Assembly: GCA_020845895.1 (NCBI GenBank)
Contig: JADLEX010000078.1
Coordinates: 801-64,800 of the forward strand
Reading direction: 5' to 3'
Length of the DNA: 64,000 bases
Source of the DNA: Deltaproteobacteria bacterium
Lineage (GTDB): Bacteria; Lernaellota; Lernaellaia; JACKCT01
Shown: positions 40,244-49,065 of the stretch, in pieces
Position numbering within the stretch: the stretch's first letter is position 1
How the letters are laid out: each line of letters opens with the position of its first letter
Notes under the pieces: model-generated
What the model was told of the DNA's origin: nothing
The model's database searches: none
Seen by the model: the letters and a program-made list of their open reading frames with translations, nothing else
Position numbers and translations under genes: made by a program

Positions 40244-41818
40244 TTACTGGTCCTTCGTCACGTATCCGTAGGCCGAAGCGAGCCAGTAGGCGACGAGATA
40301 GTCGACGCCCGGGTTGACGTCGCGGATGTTCTCGACCGCGCCGCACTCGATCGCCCACGGATTGCGCTGCCACAGAAAGTCCGTGGCGCACTGATAGAAC
40401 ACCGGGTAGGCATCGAGCGCCTGATAGTCGACGCCGCCGAAGACCTCTTCCAGGAACGGATACTGCACCTGCAGGTCGTGCAGGATCACGGAAATCGGAT
40501 CGAGCGGCGCGTCGGGCGGATCGACGGCATAGCGGTAGTTCGGTGCGGGGCGGAAGTCCTCCAGATCCTCGGTCATCTGCGCGAGCTGGTCGTCCCAGTA
40601 GTCGGACGTATCATCGAGCTGCGACTGGGCCATGTGGATCTGCGTGTAGAACGCGTTGTGCGACAGGTCGATGTGGTAGTGCACCTGCGTGGTGAAGACC
40701 TCGCGGATGAACTCGTTGATGTCGCAATCGGGGCGCGAGAGACGCAGCAGGTTGAACGCGTTCTGGTGCGCGAGGTTCAGCCCGTAGTGCTGCGCGTAGC
40801 GGTTCATGATCGAGATGTTCATGAGCCGGTAGAAGAGCTGATTTTCGGGCAGCGCCCACTTCTCGTAGATCTCGCGATACGTCGCGTCGCCCGTGATGTT
40901 CCAGCCGATGAGCGACCACGCCTGTTGCTGCGTGGGCAGCACGTTGGGCCCCGCGGTGGTGGGGATGTCGTCCACGTCGGTAATCCACCAGTCGGTGTCG
41001 ATGAGTTCGTCGAGTACCTCGGCCACGTCGGATTCGATCTGCGCGCGCATCGTCTCGTCGTCAACGAGATCGTACGCCAGCGACATGCCGAAGAACCAGC
41101 CGGTGTACTGGTCGCGGCTGGTGTTGCCGATCCAAAAATCGCCGTCGAATTCTCCCGAATCGACGCAGTGCCAGTTCTCGTCATTCACGCAGTTCGCCGC
41201 TACATCGCCGTAAGTGGGGTCTGACTGCGGGCCGACGTAGCGCGCGATGAATCCCGGCCGCCCCGTCACGTGCAGATGGCGCGAAAGCGACGACGCGGCC
41301 TTGATGGCGTTCGCCTTGGCCTGCGCGTCGCCGGTGACGTGGTAACGCAGCGCCTGCGACGCGAGATAGGTCCCCGTCCAGATGCACGAATCGCCGAGGT
41401 CAAAATACCACTCAGCCTCGTCGCGGTCGTCCGACGTAAACACGACGCCGACGGTCGATCCGTAGTTGGGCTGATGCCACGCCTCGTGCCACGAATCGTA
41501 TGCCTCGGCTTTTTCGCGCAGCGGCCCGCCCGTGGGCGACTCGTCGTAGGTCGAGCCGATCAGCACATCCTCGTCGCAAATCTCGGTGTCGTCGTCTCCA
41601 GTGTCGTCGTCCGCCGAATCGTCGTCGGGCAGCGGCGGCCATGTGTCGTCGTCGCCCGCGTCGTCGTCCGTCGCGTCATCATCCGTCGCGTCGTCGTCGG
41701 CCGTGTCGTCATCGACCGGAGCGCCACTGTCGTTGTCATCGTCGTCGCCCCCGCAGCCGGCGAGGAAGAGCATCGCGACAAGAATCAAAGTCCACCATGT
41801 CCCACGCATCATCTTCAC
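40244..41818 (-). CDS. Lipoprotein of unknown function with an N-terminal poly-Asp tether containing the 'DDDTWPPLPDDD' cassette
   Basis: Lipobox 'LAGCG' is followed immediately by 'GDDDDNDSGAPVDDDTADDDATDDDATDDDAGDDDTWPPLPDDDSADDDTGDDD'. The globular domain is ~430 aa and I recognise no family. Confidence 0.55.
   Translation of the reverse strand: MKMMRGTWWTLILVAMLFLAGCGGDDDDNDSGAPVDDDTADDDATDDDATDDDAGDDDTWPPLPDDDSADDDTGDDDTEICDEDVLIGSTYDESPTGGPLREKAEAYDSWHEAWHQPNYGSTVGVVFTSDDRDEAEWYFDLGDSCIWTGTYLASQALRYHVTGDAQAKANAIKAASSLSRHLHVTGRPGFIARYVGPQSDPTYGDVAANCVNDENWHCVDSGEFDGDFWIGNTSRDQYTGWFFGMSLAYDLVDDETMRAQIESDVAEVLDELIDTDWWITDVDDIPTTAGPNVLPTQQQAWSLIGWNITGDATYREIYEKWALPENQLFYRLMNISIMNRYAQHYGLNLAHQNAFNLLRLSRPDCDINEFIREVFTTQVHYHIDLSHNAFYTQIHMAQSQLDDTSDYWDDQLAQMTEDLEDFRPAPNYRYAVDPPDAPLDPISVILHDLQVQYPFLEEVFGGVDYQALDAYPVFYQCATDFLWQRNPWAIECGAVENIRDVNPGVDYLVAYWLASAYGYVTKDQ
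41620..41668. repeat. Dispersed ~49-bp near-identical coding cassette (encodes DDDAGDDDTWPPLPDDD), copy 1 of 3
   Basis: CGTCGTCGGGCA[GC/GA/AC]GGCGGCCA[T/C]GTGTCGTCGTCGCCCGCGTCGTCGTC recurs at ~41620, ~44044 and ~46566. Confidence 0.7.
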
Positions 41819-41821
41819 TCC

Positions 41822-44245
41822 TTAATCCTCAAACATCGCGCCCTGTCCCCAGGACGAGGGTTCGGGACCCATGACAAATTCGAGTGTGCCGCCGCCCGCG
41901 ATGTCGTCGTGCGTGAACCACGGTACGTCGAGCGCCTCGCCATTGAGTGCCGCCGATTGCACATAGATGTTTTCGAACGACGCGTTTTCGGCGGTGATGA
42001 CGAGCTCGTTTTCGCCGACGCCCACCTTGGCCCACGGGAACACCGGGCTGCCGATCTGGTAATATGGCGAGCACGGCGCGACGGGGTAGAAACCGAGCAT
42101 CGTGAACACGGCCCACGCCGAGAGCGTGCCGCCGTCGTCATTGCCGAACACTCCCGCCGGGGCATCGCGGTGGCGATTGTGCAGCACCCAGCGCACCCAC
42201 TTGGCCGTCAGGTCGGGCCGCCCCGCGTAGTTGAACAGATACGGCGTGTGAATGTCGGGCTCGTTGCCGTGGTAGTAGAACAGATCGGGCAGCACGCCGT
42301 AGGGCTTGGGCTGAGGCCGCGTGCCGGCGAAAAACGCTTCGAGCTCGGCGACGAATTCCTCCTCGCCGCCGAAGAGGTCGATCAGACCCGGAACGTCGTG
42401 GGGCACGAACCAGCGCCAGTGCCGCGCGTTGCCCTCGACGTATTCGTCGTACCAAAGCCACGCTTCGAGAAAGCCGGCGAGAAAGTCGCCCGATTCGTCG
42501 CGCGCGCGGAAAAACTTCGTGTCCTCATCCCACAGGTTCGCGTAATTGCCCGCGCGCTCGGCGAACATCTCGGCGTCCGCCGTTTCGCCCAGCGCGTCGG
42601 CGAGCACCGACAGGCAGTAGTCGTTGTACGCATACTCCTGCGTTTTTGAGACCGATCCGCTCGCCTCGTCGGCGGACAGCCACCCGCGCCCGGTCCAACT
42701 GTCCACATGGTCGCGGTTGCCGTAGGGCACCGGGCCGACGGCGTGCGCGCGCAGCCCCTCATACGCGGTGTCAATGTCGAAATCCGTCACGCCCTTGATG
42801 TACGCGTCGGCAATCACCGAGTCGGAGTGCGTGCCGATCATGCTGCCCGTGTCGCCAAGCCCCTGCGCCCACTTGGGAAACGCGCCGCCCTCCTCGTACA
42901 TCTTCACGAGCGAGATCGCCATGTCGCGCGCGTAATCGGGATGCAGCAGCACCACGAGCGGATGGAAGGTGCGGAACGTGTCCCACAACGACAGGTCCGT
43001 GTAGTACGTGAAGCCGTCGGCGTCGTGCGCCGCGCGGTCGAAGCCCACGTATTTGCCGTTTTCCTCGGTGTACGACGTGACGAGCTGGTCGAGGTGATAG
43101 AGCGCCGAGTAGAAGATCCGCTTGTCGTATTCGCGCCCGCCCGCCACCTGCACGCTCATCAGGCGCTCGTTCCACACCGCGCCCGACGCCGCGCGCACCG
43201 CGTCGAAATCCCAATCGGCGATTTGCGCATCGAGGTTCGCGCGCGCCTGCTCGACGCTCTGGATCGACAGGCCGACCTTGGCGAACACCGTGCCTTTTGC
43301 GGCCGCGAAGCCCACGTACGCGCCGACCGTCGGGCCGCTCGCGCTCGTTCCGCCCGGAGTGCGCACCCCCGCGTCGAAGGTGCCGAAATCCTCGAAGGGT
43401 TCCGAAAAACGCGCGACGAAGTGGATCGGCAATCCTCCCGAGCGTCCCGTGAAGCCGCCGCGCTGGTCGATCATGCCGGTGACCTCCCGCGCGGAATCGT
43501 CGACCGTCACCTCGGCGTCGAAAACCTGCCCGGGTACGTTGGCGTATCCCGCGTCGATGACGACATACGGCTCGGCGCCCGCCGCAAAGGTGTAGCGGTG
43601 AAAGCCCGCGTTCATGGTCGAGGTGAGTTCCACGTCCACGTCGTAGCGGTCGAGATGCACGCGGTAGTAGCCCGGCTCGCCCGATTCGTTGTCGTGCGAA
43701 AACGGTGAGCGGTAGCCCGCGTTCGTGACTTTTTCGTCCGAGATGCCGTCCACCGGCATGAGGTTGACGTTGCAAAGATCCGTCGCGCCGATGCCCGGCA
43801 GGTGCATGTGTGAGATGCCGCGGATCGTGTTGTCCGGGTAGTAATAGCCGCCCGCGTGCATCTTTTCGTGCGCGAATCCGCCGATCGACGTATCGGGTGT
43901 GAGCTTCACCATCGAACCCGGCAGGTTGGGCCCGGGAATCAGCGCGCCCATGCCGTAGCCGATGCCGCCCGTGCCGATGAAGACGTTGACGAAATCGACC
44001 GGGTTGTCGACGGGTTCGAGATCGTCGTCGTCATCTGCCGTGTCGTCGTCGGGCAGAGGCGGCCACGTGTCGTCGTCGCCCGCGTCGTCGTCGGTGTCGT
44101 CATCGGCGGAATCGTCATCCGACGAGTCGTCGTCGACCGGCGAAGGGCTGGAGTTGTTGTCGTCGTCGTCATCGCCGCAACCCGCGATAAGCAGGGCCGA
44201 TAGCGAGCACGCCAAAATCCAAACGGTGAATTTCGTCATCGTCAT
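41822..44245 (-). CDS. Glycoside hydrolase family 92 (alpha-mannosidase) lipoprotein with an N-terminal poly-Asp tether
   Basis: Lipobox 'LIAGCG' and tether '...DDDAGDDDTWPPLPDDDTADDDDD'. GH92 N-terminal motif 'FVNVFIGTGG...GPNLPGSMVKLTPDTS'. Conserved 'YHGNEPDIHTPYLFNYAGRPD'. Start at MTMTKF (44245). Confidence 0.7.
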   Translation of the reverse strand: MTMTKFTVWILACSLSALLIAGCGDDDDDNNSSPSPVDDDSSDDDSADDDTDDDAGDDDTWPPLPDDDTADDDDDLEPVDNPVDFVNVFIGTGGIGYGMGALIPGPNLPGSMVKLTPDTSIGGFAHEKMHAGGYYYPDNTIRGISHMHLPGIGATDLCNVNLMPVDGISDEKVTNAGYRSPFSHDNESGEPGYYRVHLDRYDVDVELTSTMNAGFHRYTFAAGAEPYVVIDAGYANVPGQVFDAEVTVDDSAREVTGMIDQRGGFTGRSGGLPIHFVARFSEPFEDFGTFDAGVRTPGGTSASGPTVGAYVGFAAAKGTVFAKVGLSIQSVEQARANLDAQIADWDFDAVRAASGAVWNERLMSVQVAGGREYDKRIFYSALYHLDQLVTSYTEENGKYVGFDRAAHDADGFTYYTDLSLWDTFRTFHPLVVLLHPDYARDMAISLVKMYEEGGAFPKWAQGLGDTGSMIGTHSDSVIADAYIKGVTDFDIDTAYEGLRAHAVGPVPYGNRDHVDSWTGRGWLSADEASGSVSKTQEYAYNDYCLSVLADALGETADAEMFAERAGNYANLWDEDTKFFRARDESGDFLAGFLEAWLWYDEYVEGNARHWRWFVPHDVPGLIDLFGGEEEFVAELEAFFAGTRPQPKPYGVLPDLFYYHGNEPDIHTPYLFNYAGRPDLTAKWVRWVLHNRHRDAPAGVFGNDDGGTLSAWAVFTMLGFYPVAPCSPYYQIGSPVFPWAKVGVGENELVITAENASFENIYVQSAALNGEALDVPWFTHDDIAGGGTLEFVMGPEPSSWGQGAMFED
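44044..44092. repeat. Dispersed ~49-bp coding cassette, copy 2 of 3
   Basis: See copy 1. Confidence 0.7.
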
Positions 44246-44249
44246 CCCG

Positions 44250-46778
44250 TCATGGGAACGCCACGGGCCCGAGCCCCTGCGCGTTGGTATTGCCATATTC
44301 GTCGCTCACGCCGCCCGGCGCAATCGAGACCGCGTGCGCCACGGCGTGTGCGCGCGTGAAAACGCCCTCGTAGTTGCCGCCGCCCACCGGTTCGAGCATG
44401 ACCGGCTCGTCGCCGAATCCCGACACGTGAATTGTCGCCGCAATCGACCCGCCTTCCGCGGAGGACCACGCCCCCGCCGAGGCGGTCATCGAACGCAGCC
44501 GGAACCCGCCGGGATTCGGCGGCATGAGCGCGCGGCACGAGACGCGAAACTCGTCGCCTCCCATCGCCGTGACCGCAAGATCGGTGACGGCGAGCCCGGT
44601 CGAAACGTCCACCGTGAACGTGCGTGAATAGATGGTGTACGGCGCCGTGCGATCGCCGTCCGAGCCGTCGCCCAGGGCTTTGAGTCGGTACATGCCCGAT
44701 GGCGTGCCCGCCGTGAGTTCCCAGTCGATGCGCCAGCGGTGGCGTCGCTGATAGGGAAACCCGCGCGTCTCATAGTCGGGTTCGGGCGCGTATTGCATCA
44801 GGGTGTCGATCGTCGCGTCGGTGACCGTTCGGCCGTCCGGACGCAGGAGCGGCGCGAAGCCCGCGCCGTCGTCGCGCTCCACGGTCACGCGCGGCGAGCC
44901 CAGAGCGGTGTAGCCGCCCGACCACTCGAAGGTGACCGTATCGAATCGCTCGTAGGTCGCGTGCGCCTGTGTGATGATCTCGCCCGCGAGCACGCCGGGT
45001 TCGATTTCGGCGGGCACATACGAATACGGCCACGGGTGACGCTGGCGGGCGGGCGCGCCGATTTCGTTGTTTTCCTTCTCCGGCGTCAGGAGCTGCGTGG
45101 CGAGGTCCACATTCTGCCCCGCGAGCCACTCGCCGAACTTCGGCCCCCAGAAGTTCATCGACGTTTCGTAACCGCCCTGCATCCAGTCCCAATCCATCAG
45201 CAAATACATCTGCGTGTCGTTGGCGTAGCCGAACGCGGCGATTTTGTCGGCGGGCCATACGAGTTCGGTTTCAACGCTCTCGCGCAGGTGCTTGGCGAGC
45301 CACGACGTGAGTTCGCCGGGCATCAACGGCATGATGTAATCGCCGAGACGCACGACGCCGATCTCCGCGGTGTCGAGCACCCACGACCACGGTTCGACCC
45401 AGTGAATGGGCACGTAACAGCCGTAGTAGCCGTCGAGCATCTTCGTTTCCTGATCGTTGCAGTCGACGATCGAACCTTCCGCCTCGAAAAACGACCGCTC
45501 CCCGCACCCCCACGCGCCGTGTTTGTATTCGTAGAATCGTCCGGTAATGAGGCCGTGGTAGCCGAACTCGCCGTCCTCATATCCGATCGCGTCGCGCGTG
45601 ATCGTCACGCGCTTCGACACCATCTCGAAGGTCCAGTCATCGGTCGGCGTGAGATCGTCGTAGGTGTCGCGGATCATGTCCGCCGCGCGCTGCCCCAAGT
45701 GCTCCAGATTCTGCCACTCGGGCAGATCGTAGCCCGAGCCGACCGGCGTCGAATCGCCACCCGCCGCTTGAATGAACAGCACCGGCACCGGCGTGTCGAA
45801 GGTCGATTCCATGCCGTGTTCCACCGCGCCGGGTGCGTCGGACGTCATCAGAGTGGAATGGGCCATGGTGCCGTGCATCCCCCAGCCGACCAACACCGCG
45901 AGCGGCGATCCGTCCTCGCGGTCGATGCGCGCGAGGAACATCCGGTCTTCCTTGTATTCCGGCGGGTTGTTCTGGCACCGGCGGTCGCGGAAGAGGCGAT
46001 TCGTCGGGTCGAACGGCGCTTGCAGCGTCACCGCCATTTTCGCGGGGACGAGATTCGCCATGCTGTCCGCGATGACGCGCGCGATCGACACGGCCATGCG
46101 GTCCTCGATGCGCTGGTCGTAGGTGTCCATGCCGGAAATGCCGAGCACCACCGGCAGTCCGTAGAAATGGTCGGGACCCGAGTGCGAGTGCGTGGACGAG
46201 AGCCAGAGTTTTTCGGAAAGGTTCAGTCCGGTGAGGCGGCAGACCTCGTCGAGCACGCGCGTGTACAGCGTGGCCGAGATGAGCGCGACGGGAATGCGCG
46301 CGATCACCAGCCGGTCCGCGCCGTTGTCGATGGTGACGGCCTTCACGTCCGGCCGGTCATGATACCCGGTCGACGCACCCATCATGATCGCGAAGGGATG
46401 CCGGGGCCCCGACCGCGCGCCATAGCCGCCCATGCTGATGCCGACCGGCGCATAGAGTTCGCCCACGGCGACGCCCGCGTGAAGCGACGCGAGGGTCTCG
46501 CCCCCGGGCGCTTCGTCGCACACGGGCGGCGCGGTGTCGTCATCGCCGGTGTCGTCGTCCTCGGCGTCGTCGTCGGGCAACGGCGGCCACGTGTCGTCGT
46601 CGCCCGCGTCGTCGTCGGCATCGTCGTCCGGCAAGACGCCGGTATCGTCGTCGGACGCATCGTCGTCGAGCACCGCGGAATCGTCGTCCGTCGCCGAATC
46701 CGCCGAAGGGTCGTCATCCCCGTTTCCGCACGCGACGCACGCGAAAGCCACGACCGCCAAAATGAAAAGCGATTTCAT
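44250..46778 (-). CDS. Neutral/alkaline ceramidase-like lipoprotein with an N-terminal poly-Asp tether
   Basis: Lipobox 'VACG' and tether '...DDDAGDDDTWPPLPDDDAEDDDTGDDD'. The N-terminal domain is ceramidase-like: 'GISMGGYGARSGP...' and 'LSSTHSHSGPDHFYG' (cf. the THTHSGP motif of neutral ceramidases). Start refined to MKSLFIL at 46778. The upstream part of the ORF-track entry is the back-translation of the tRNA gene. Confidence 0.55.
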   Translation of the reverse strand: MKSLFILAVVAFACVACGNGDDDPSADSATDDDSAVLDDDASDDDTGVLPDDDADDDAGDDDTWPPLPDDDAEDDDTGDDDTAPPVCDEAPGGETLASLHAGVAVGELYAPVGISMGGYGARSGPRHPFAIMMGASTGYHDRPDVKAVTIDNGADRLVIARIPVALISATLYTRVLDEVCRLTGLNLSEKLWLSSTHSHSGPDHFYGLPVVLGISGMDTYDQRIEDRMAVSIARVIADSMANLVPAKMAVTLQAPFDPTNRLFRDRRCQNNPPEYKEDRMFLARIDREDGSPLAVLVGWGMHGTMAHSTLMTSDAPGAVEHGMESTFDTPVPVLFIQAAGGDSTPVGSGYDLPEWQNLEHLGQRAADMIRDTYDDLTPTDDWTFEMVSKRVTITRDAIGYEDGEFGYHGLITGRFYEYKHGAWGCGERSFFEAEGSIVDCNDQETKMLDGYYGCYVPIHWVEPWSWVLDTAEIGVVRLGDYIMPLMPGELTSWLAKHLRESVETELVWPADKIAAFGYANDTQMYLLMDWDWMQGGYETSMNFWGPKFGEWLAGQNVDLATQLLTPEKENNEIGAPARQRHPWPYSYVPAEIEPGVLAGEIITQAHATYERFDTVTFEWSGGYTALGSPRVTVERDDGAGFAPLLRPDGRTVTDATIDTLMQYAPEPDYETRGFPYQRRHRWRIDWELTAGTPSGMYRLKALGDGSDGDRTAPYTIYSRTFTVDVSTGLAVTDLAVTAMGGDEFRVSCRALMPPNPGGFRLRSMTASAGAWSSAEGGSIAATIHVSGFGDEPVMLEPVGGGNYEGVFTRAHAVAHAVSIAPGGVSDEYGNTNAQGLGPVAFP
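46566..46614. repeat. Dispersed ~49-bp coding cassette, copy 3 of 3
   Basis: See copy 1. Confidence 0.7.
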
Positions 46779-46966
46779 GCGGGGGAATCTAGCACAAGCG
46801 AGCGCGGCGCTCACCCCCGTCCGCGCGGTCGAAGCCGAGAGAGGGGACCGCAACCGGGAACCAACAACCAACAACCTCCGCACGCGTTTGACGCGCGGGG
46901 CATGGGGCGCTAATAAGGCGGCTCGCGCCGGTCGCCCGGTTTGTCGGATGATTGTGCGACTCGTTT

Positions 46967-47040
46967 GGGGTTGTAGCTCAGCCGGATAGAGCACCAGGCT
47001 TCGAACCTGGGTGTCGGGGGTTCGAATCCCTCCAGCCCCG
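46967..47040 (+). tRNA. tRNA-Arg, anticodon TCG (UCG); no encoded CCA
   Basis: Cloverleaf by eye: acceptor GGGGTTG/CAGCCCC, D-arm GCTC..GAGC, anticodon stem CCAGG/CCTGG with loop CTTCGAA, T-arm GGGGG-TTCGAAT-CCCTC, discriminator G. Confidence 0.85.
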
Positions 47041-47044
47041 TTCC

Positions 47045-47782
47045 TCACCGCGCCTTACGCGCCGCCGACGAATCCGGGCGGTCTTTCGCCCCCTCCCAAG
47101 CCATCGCGGCGCTAAACAGGCGGCGGCATTCGGCGAGCACGGCGTCGATGGACGGCGGCGACGCCGCGTAAACGCTTTCCATCATCAGTTCATGGACTGA
47201 TCCCGCGAGCGCCAGAGCGCCGAGCGAAAAATCGCGCGGGAGCAGTTCGCCGCGTTCGGCGAGCATCGTGGCGTTCGTCTCGATCACCGATGCGAACTCG
47301 TGCATGTACGCCCGGCGACGCAACGTCATCTCGCGGCTCACCCCCGACGTCTCGACCAGCACGATGCGCGCGCGTCGCGGATCGTCGAGATAGGCGTGGA
47401 CGAACGCGGCGAGGCCGCTTTCCATCATGCGGACCGGATCGCCCGCGGCGTCGGCCAACGCCTCCATCACCGCCGCGCGCGTCTCGCCCATCACGCGCGC
47501 CAACACGGCTTCGAGCAGGGTGTCACGCGTGGGGAATGCCGCGTAGAAGTCCCGCGTGGCCACGCGAGCCCGCGCGCAGAGTATGCCGATGGTGGTTTTA
47601 CGGTATCCGCGTGTCGCGAACAGTTCGAACCCGGCGTCGATGAGGCGGTCACGCCGCTCGTCGACGCGCTCGGCGGCGGAGCGCCCGGCGTAGAGCCGTT
47701 CAGGCCGCTTCGCGGTCGGTTTCGCGGGCGGCTTCACGGGCGACTTCGCTTCCGCGGCGGCGCGCTTTTTCGGTGTCGTCAT
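47045..47782 (-). CDS. TetR/AcrR-family transcriptional regulator
   Basis: N-terminal HTH 'LFATRGYRKTTIGILCARARVATRDFYAAFPTRDTLL'. It overlaps the upstream hydrolase stop by 4 bp. Confidence 0.8.
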   Translation of the reverse strand: MTTPKKRAAAEAKSPVKPPAKPTAKRPERLYAGRSAAERVDERRDRLIDAGFELFATRGYRKTTIGILCARARVATRDFYAAFPTRDTLLEAVLARVMGETRAAVMEALADAAGDPVRMMESGLAAFVHAYLDDPRRARIVLVETSGVSREMTLRRRAYMHEFASVIETNATMLAERGELLPRDFSLGALALAGSVHELMMESVYAASPPSIDAVLAECRRLFSAAMAWEGAKDRPDSSAARKAR

Positions 47783-48693
47783 GTCGGGCCGTTCTCGCCC
47801 GGCCCGGCCCGGTGCGCGAGGGCGCGCAGCAGGAACTCCACCTGATCCGCGACGGACCGCTCGAATCCCTCGCCGATATAGAGGTCGAAGTGGTCCGCGT
47901 CGTATCGGCGGATCTCGGCGCGGGGCACCCGGCGTGCAGCCTCCAGCGCGGGCTCCGGCGGTGCGACGCGGTCGCGATCGGCCACGCAGAACAGCACCGG
48001 GCAGCGGATCCGCCGGACGACGCCGATGGGGCGGTAAGTCGGAATCGACAGGAACACGCGCGCCGCGACCTCGTCGGTCGACTCGCCGTCCTCGGGCACG
48101 ATGGTGCGATAGCCGAATTCCAGGCCCGGCGCGGTCATCGCGGCGAGCGACCCCGGCGGCCCGGCGACCTTGATGCGAAACGGCTCGCGGTTCGTCGCCG
48201 CGCGCGCCACGTCGCGCATCGCCGAAAAGCTCAGGCGCGCGGTGTGGGCAAACCCCGCCTGGCGCACCGACGCGAGACCGTCAACGAAGGGCGCCTGCGC
48301 GATCACCGCGGCGAGGGCGTCGTCTTCCGCCGCGACGGTCAGCACGTGTCCGCCGCTGAACGACGTGCCCCACAGCGCGAGAAACGACGCATCGAGCACG
48401 GGCATCGACCGCGCGAGTCGCACCGCGGCGCGCCAGTCGTCGAGTTGCCGGTCGATGTCGAGCACGAGGCGCGGCTCGCCGCCGCTGTCGCCGAAGTGGC
48501 GATAGTCGAAGACCAGCACGGCAAAGCCGTGTTCGGCGAAGCGCTCGGCGTACGCGTCGAGCCGCGCGCGCCGCGTCGCGCCGAAGCCGTTGGCCATGAC
48601 GACGGAGGGACAGGGCAGCGCGCGCTCGGGAAGAAAGAGCCACGCCGCGAGGGTTACGCCGTCGACCGCGAATGCGATCTCTTTGCGTCGCAT
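47779..48693 (-). CDS. Alpha/beta hydrolase
   Basis: 'VVMANGFGATR...' and 'GTSFSGGHVL' (nucleophile elbow G-x-S-x-G); 304 aa. Confidence 0.7.
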   Translation of the reverse strand: MRRKEIAFAVDGVTLAAWLFLPERALPCPSVVMANGFGATRRARLDAYAERFAEHGFAVLVFDYRHFGDSGGEPRLVLDIDRQLDDWRAAVRLARSMPVLDASFLALWGTSFSGGHVLTVAAEDDALAAVIAQAPFVDGLASVRQAGFAHTARLSFSAMRDVARAATNREPFRIKVAGPPGSLAAMTAPGLEFGYRTIVPEDGESTDEVAARVFLSIPTYRPIGVVRRIRCPVLFCVADRDRVAPPEPALEAARRVPRAEIRRYDADHFDLYIGEGFERSVADQVEFLLRALAHRAGPGENGPT

Positions 48694-48807
48694 GGGCCGA
48701 TCTTACCGCGCGGCGCGAAAATGAAAAGCGATATTTTCAGTTTTGAATCGAAAGGCGCGTGCCCGGAAACTGAGAGGACCCGCCGAATGTCTTTTCGCGC
48801 AGGAAGG

Positions 48808-49065
48808 TTACGGCCTGTACGCCGCGCCTCGAGCGCGAACGTCGAATACGACCAAGGCGCGAGGTTCGTGTTGCCATGAGAATCGAATTCGCCAGGTCCC
48901 GACGCGCAGACGCCACTCGTCGTCGACGCCCTTCAACATCTTCACATCGCCGTGCCCGGATTCGGCAAACCGCGTCAACGCATCAAAAACACGTCGCCTC
49001 GTGGCGGCATCCAGACGATCCAGCGCCTTGACGGCAGGCTTCGTCCAAATGATTCCGACGTTCAT
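48808..49065 (-). CDS. Type II toxin, RelE/ParE family
   Basis: 85 aa; 'AVKALDRL...RRRVFDALTRF...WRLRVGTWRIRF...VVFDVRARG' fits the RelE/ParE fold pattern. It overlaps the upstream antitoxin-like gene by 4 bp. Confidence 0.7.
   Translation of the reverse strand: MNVGIIWTKPAVKALDRLDAATRRRVFDALTRFAESGHGDVKMLKGVDDEWRLRVGTWRIRFSWQHEPRALVVFDVRARGAAYRP

Noticed and set aside
44739-46913. 724-aa plus-strand ORF
   Set aside because: Antisense to the ceramidase-like gene.
46779-47048. N-terminal 90 aa of the ORF-track entry 44250..47048 ('MRNGAGGIRTPDTQVRSLVLYPAELQPQT...')
   Set aside because: This is the reverse-frame translation of the tRNA-Arg gene and its flank. The real protein starts at the signal peptide MKSLFILAVVAFACVACG (46778).
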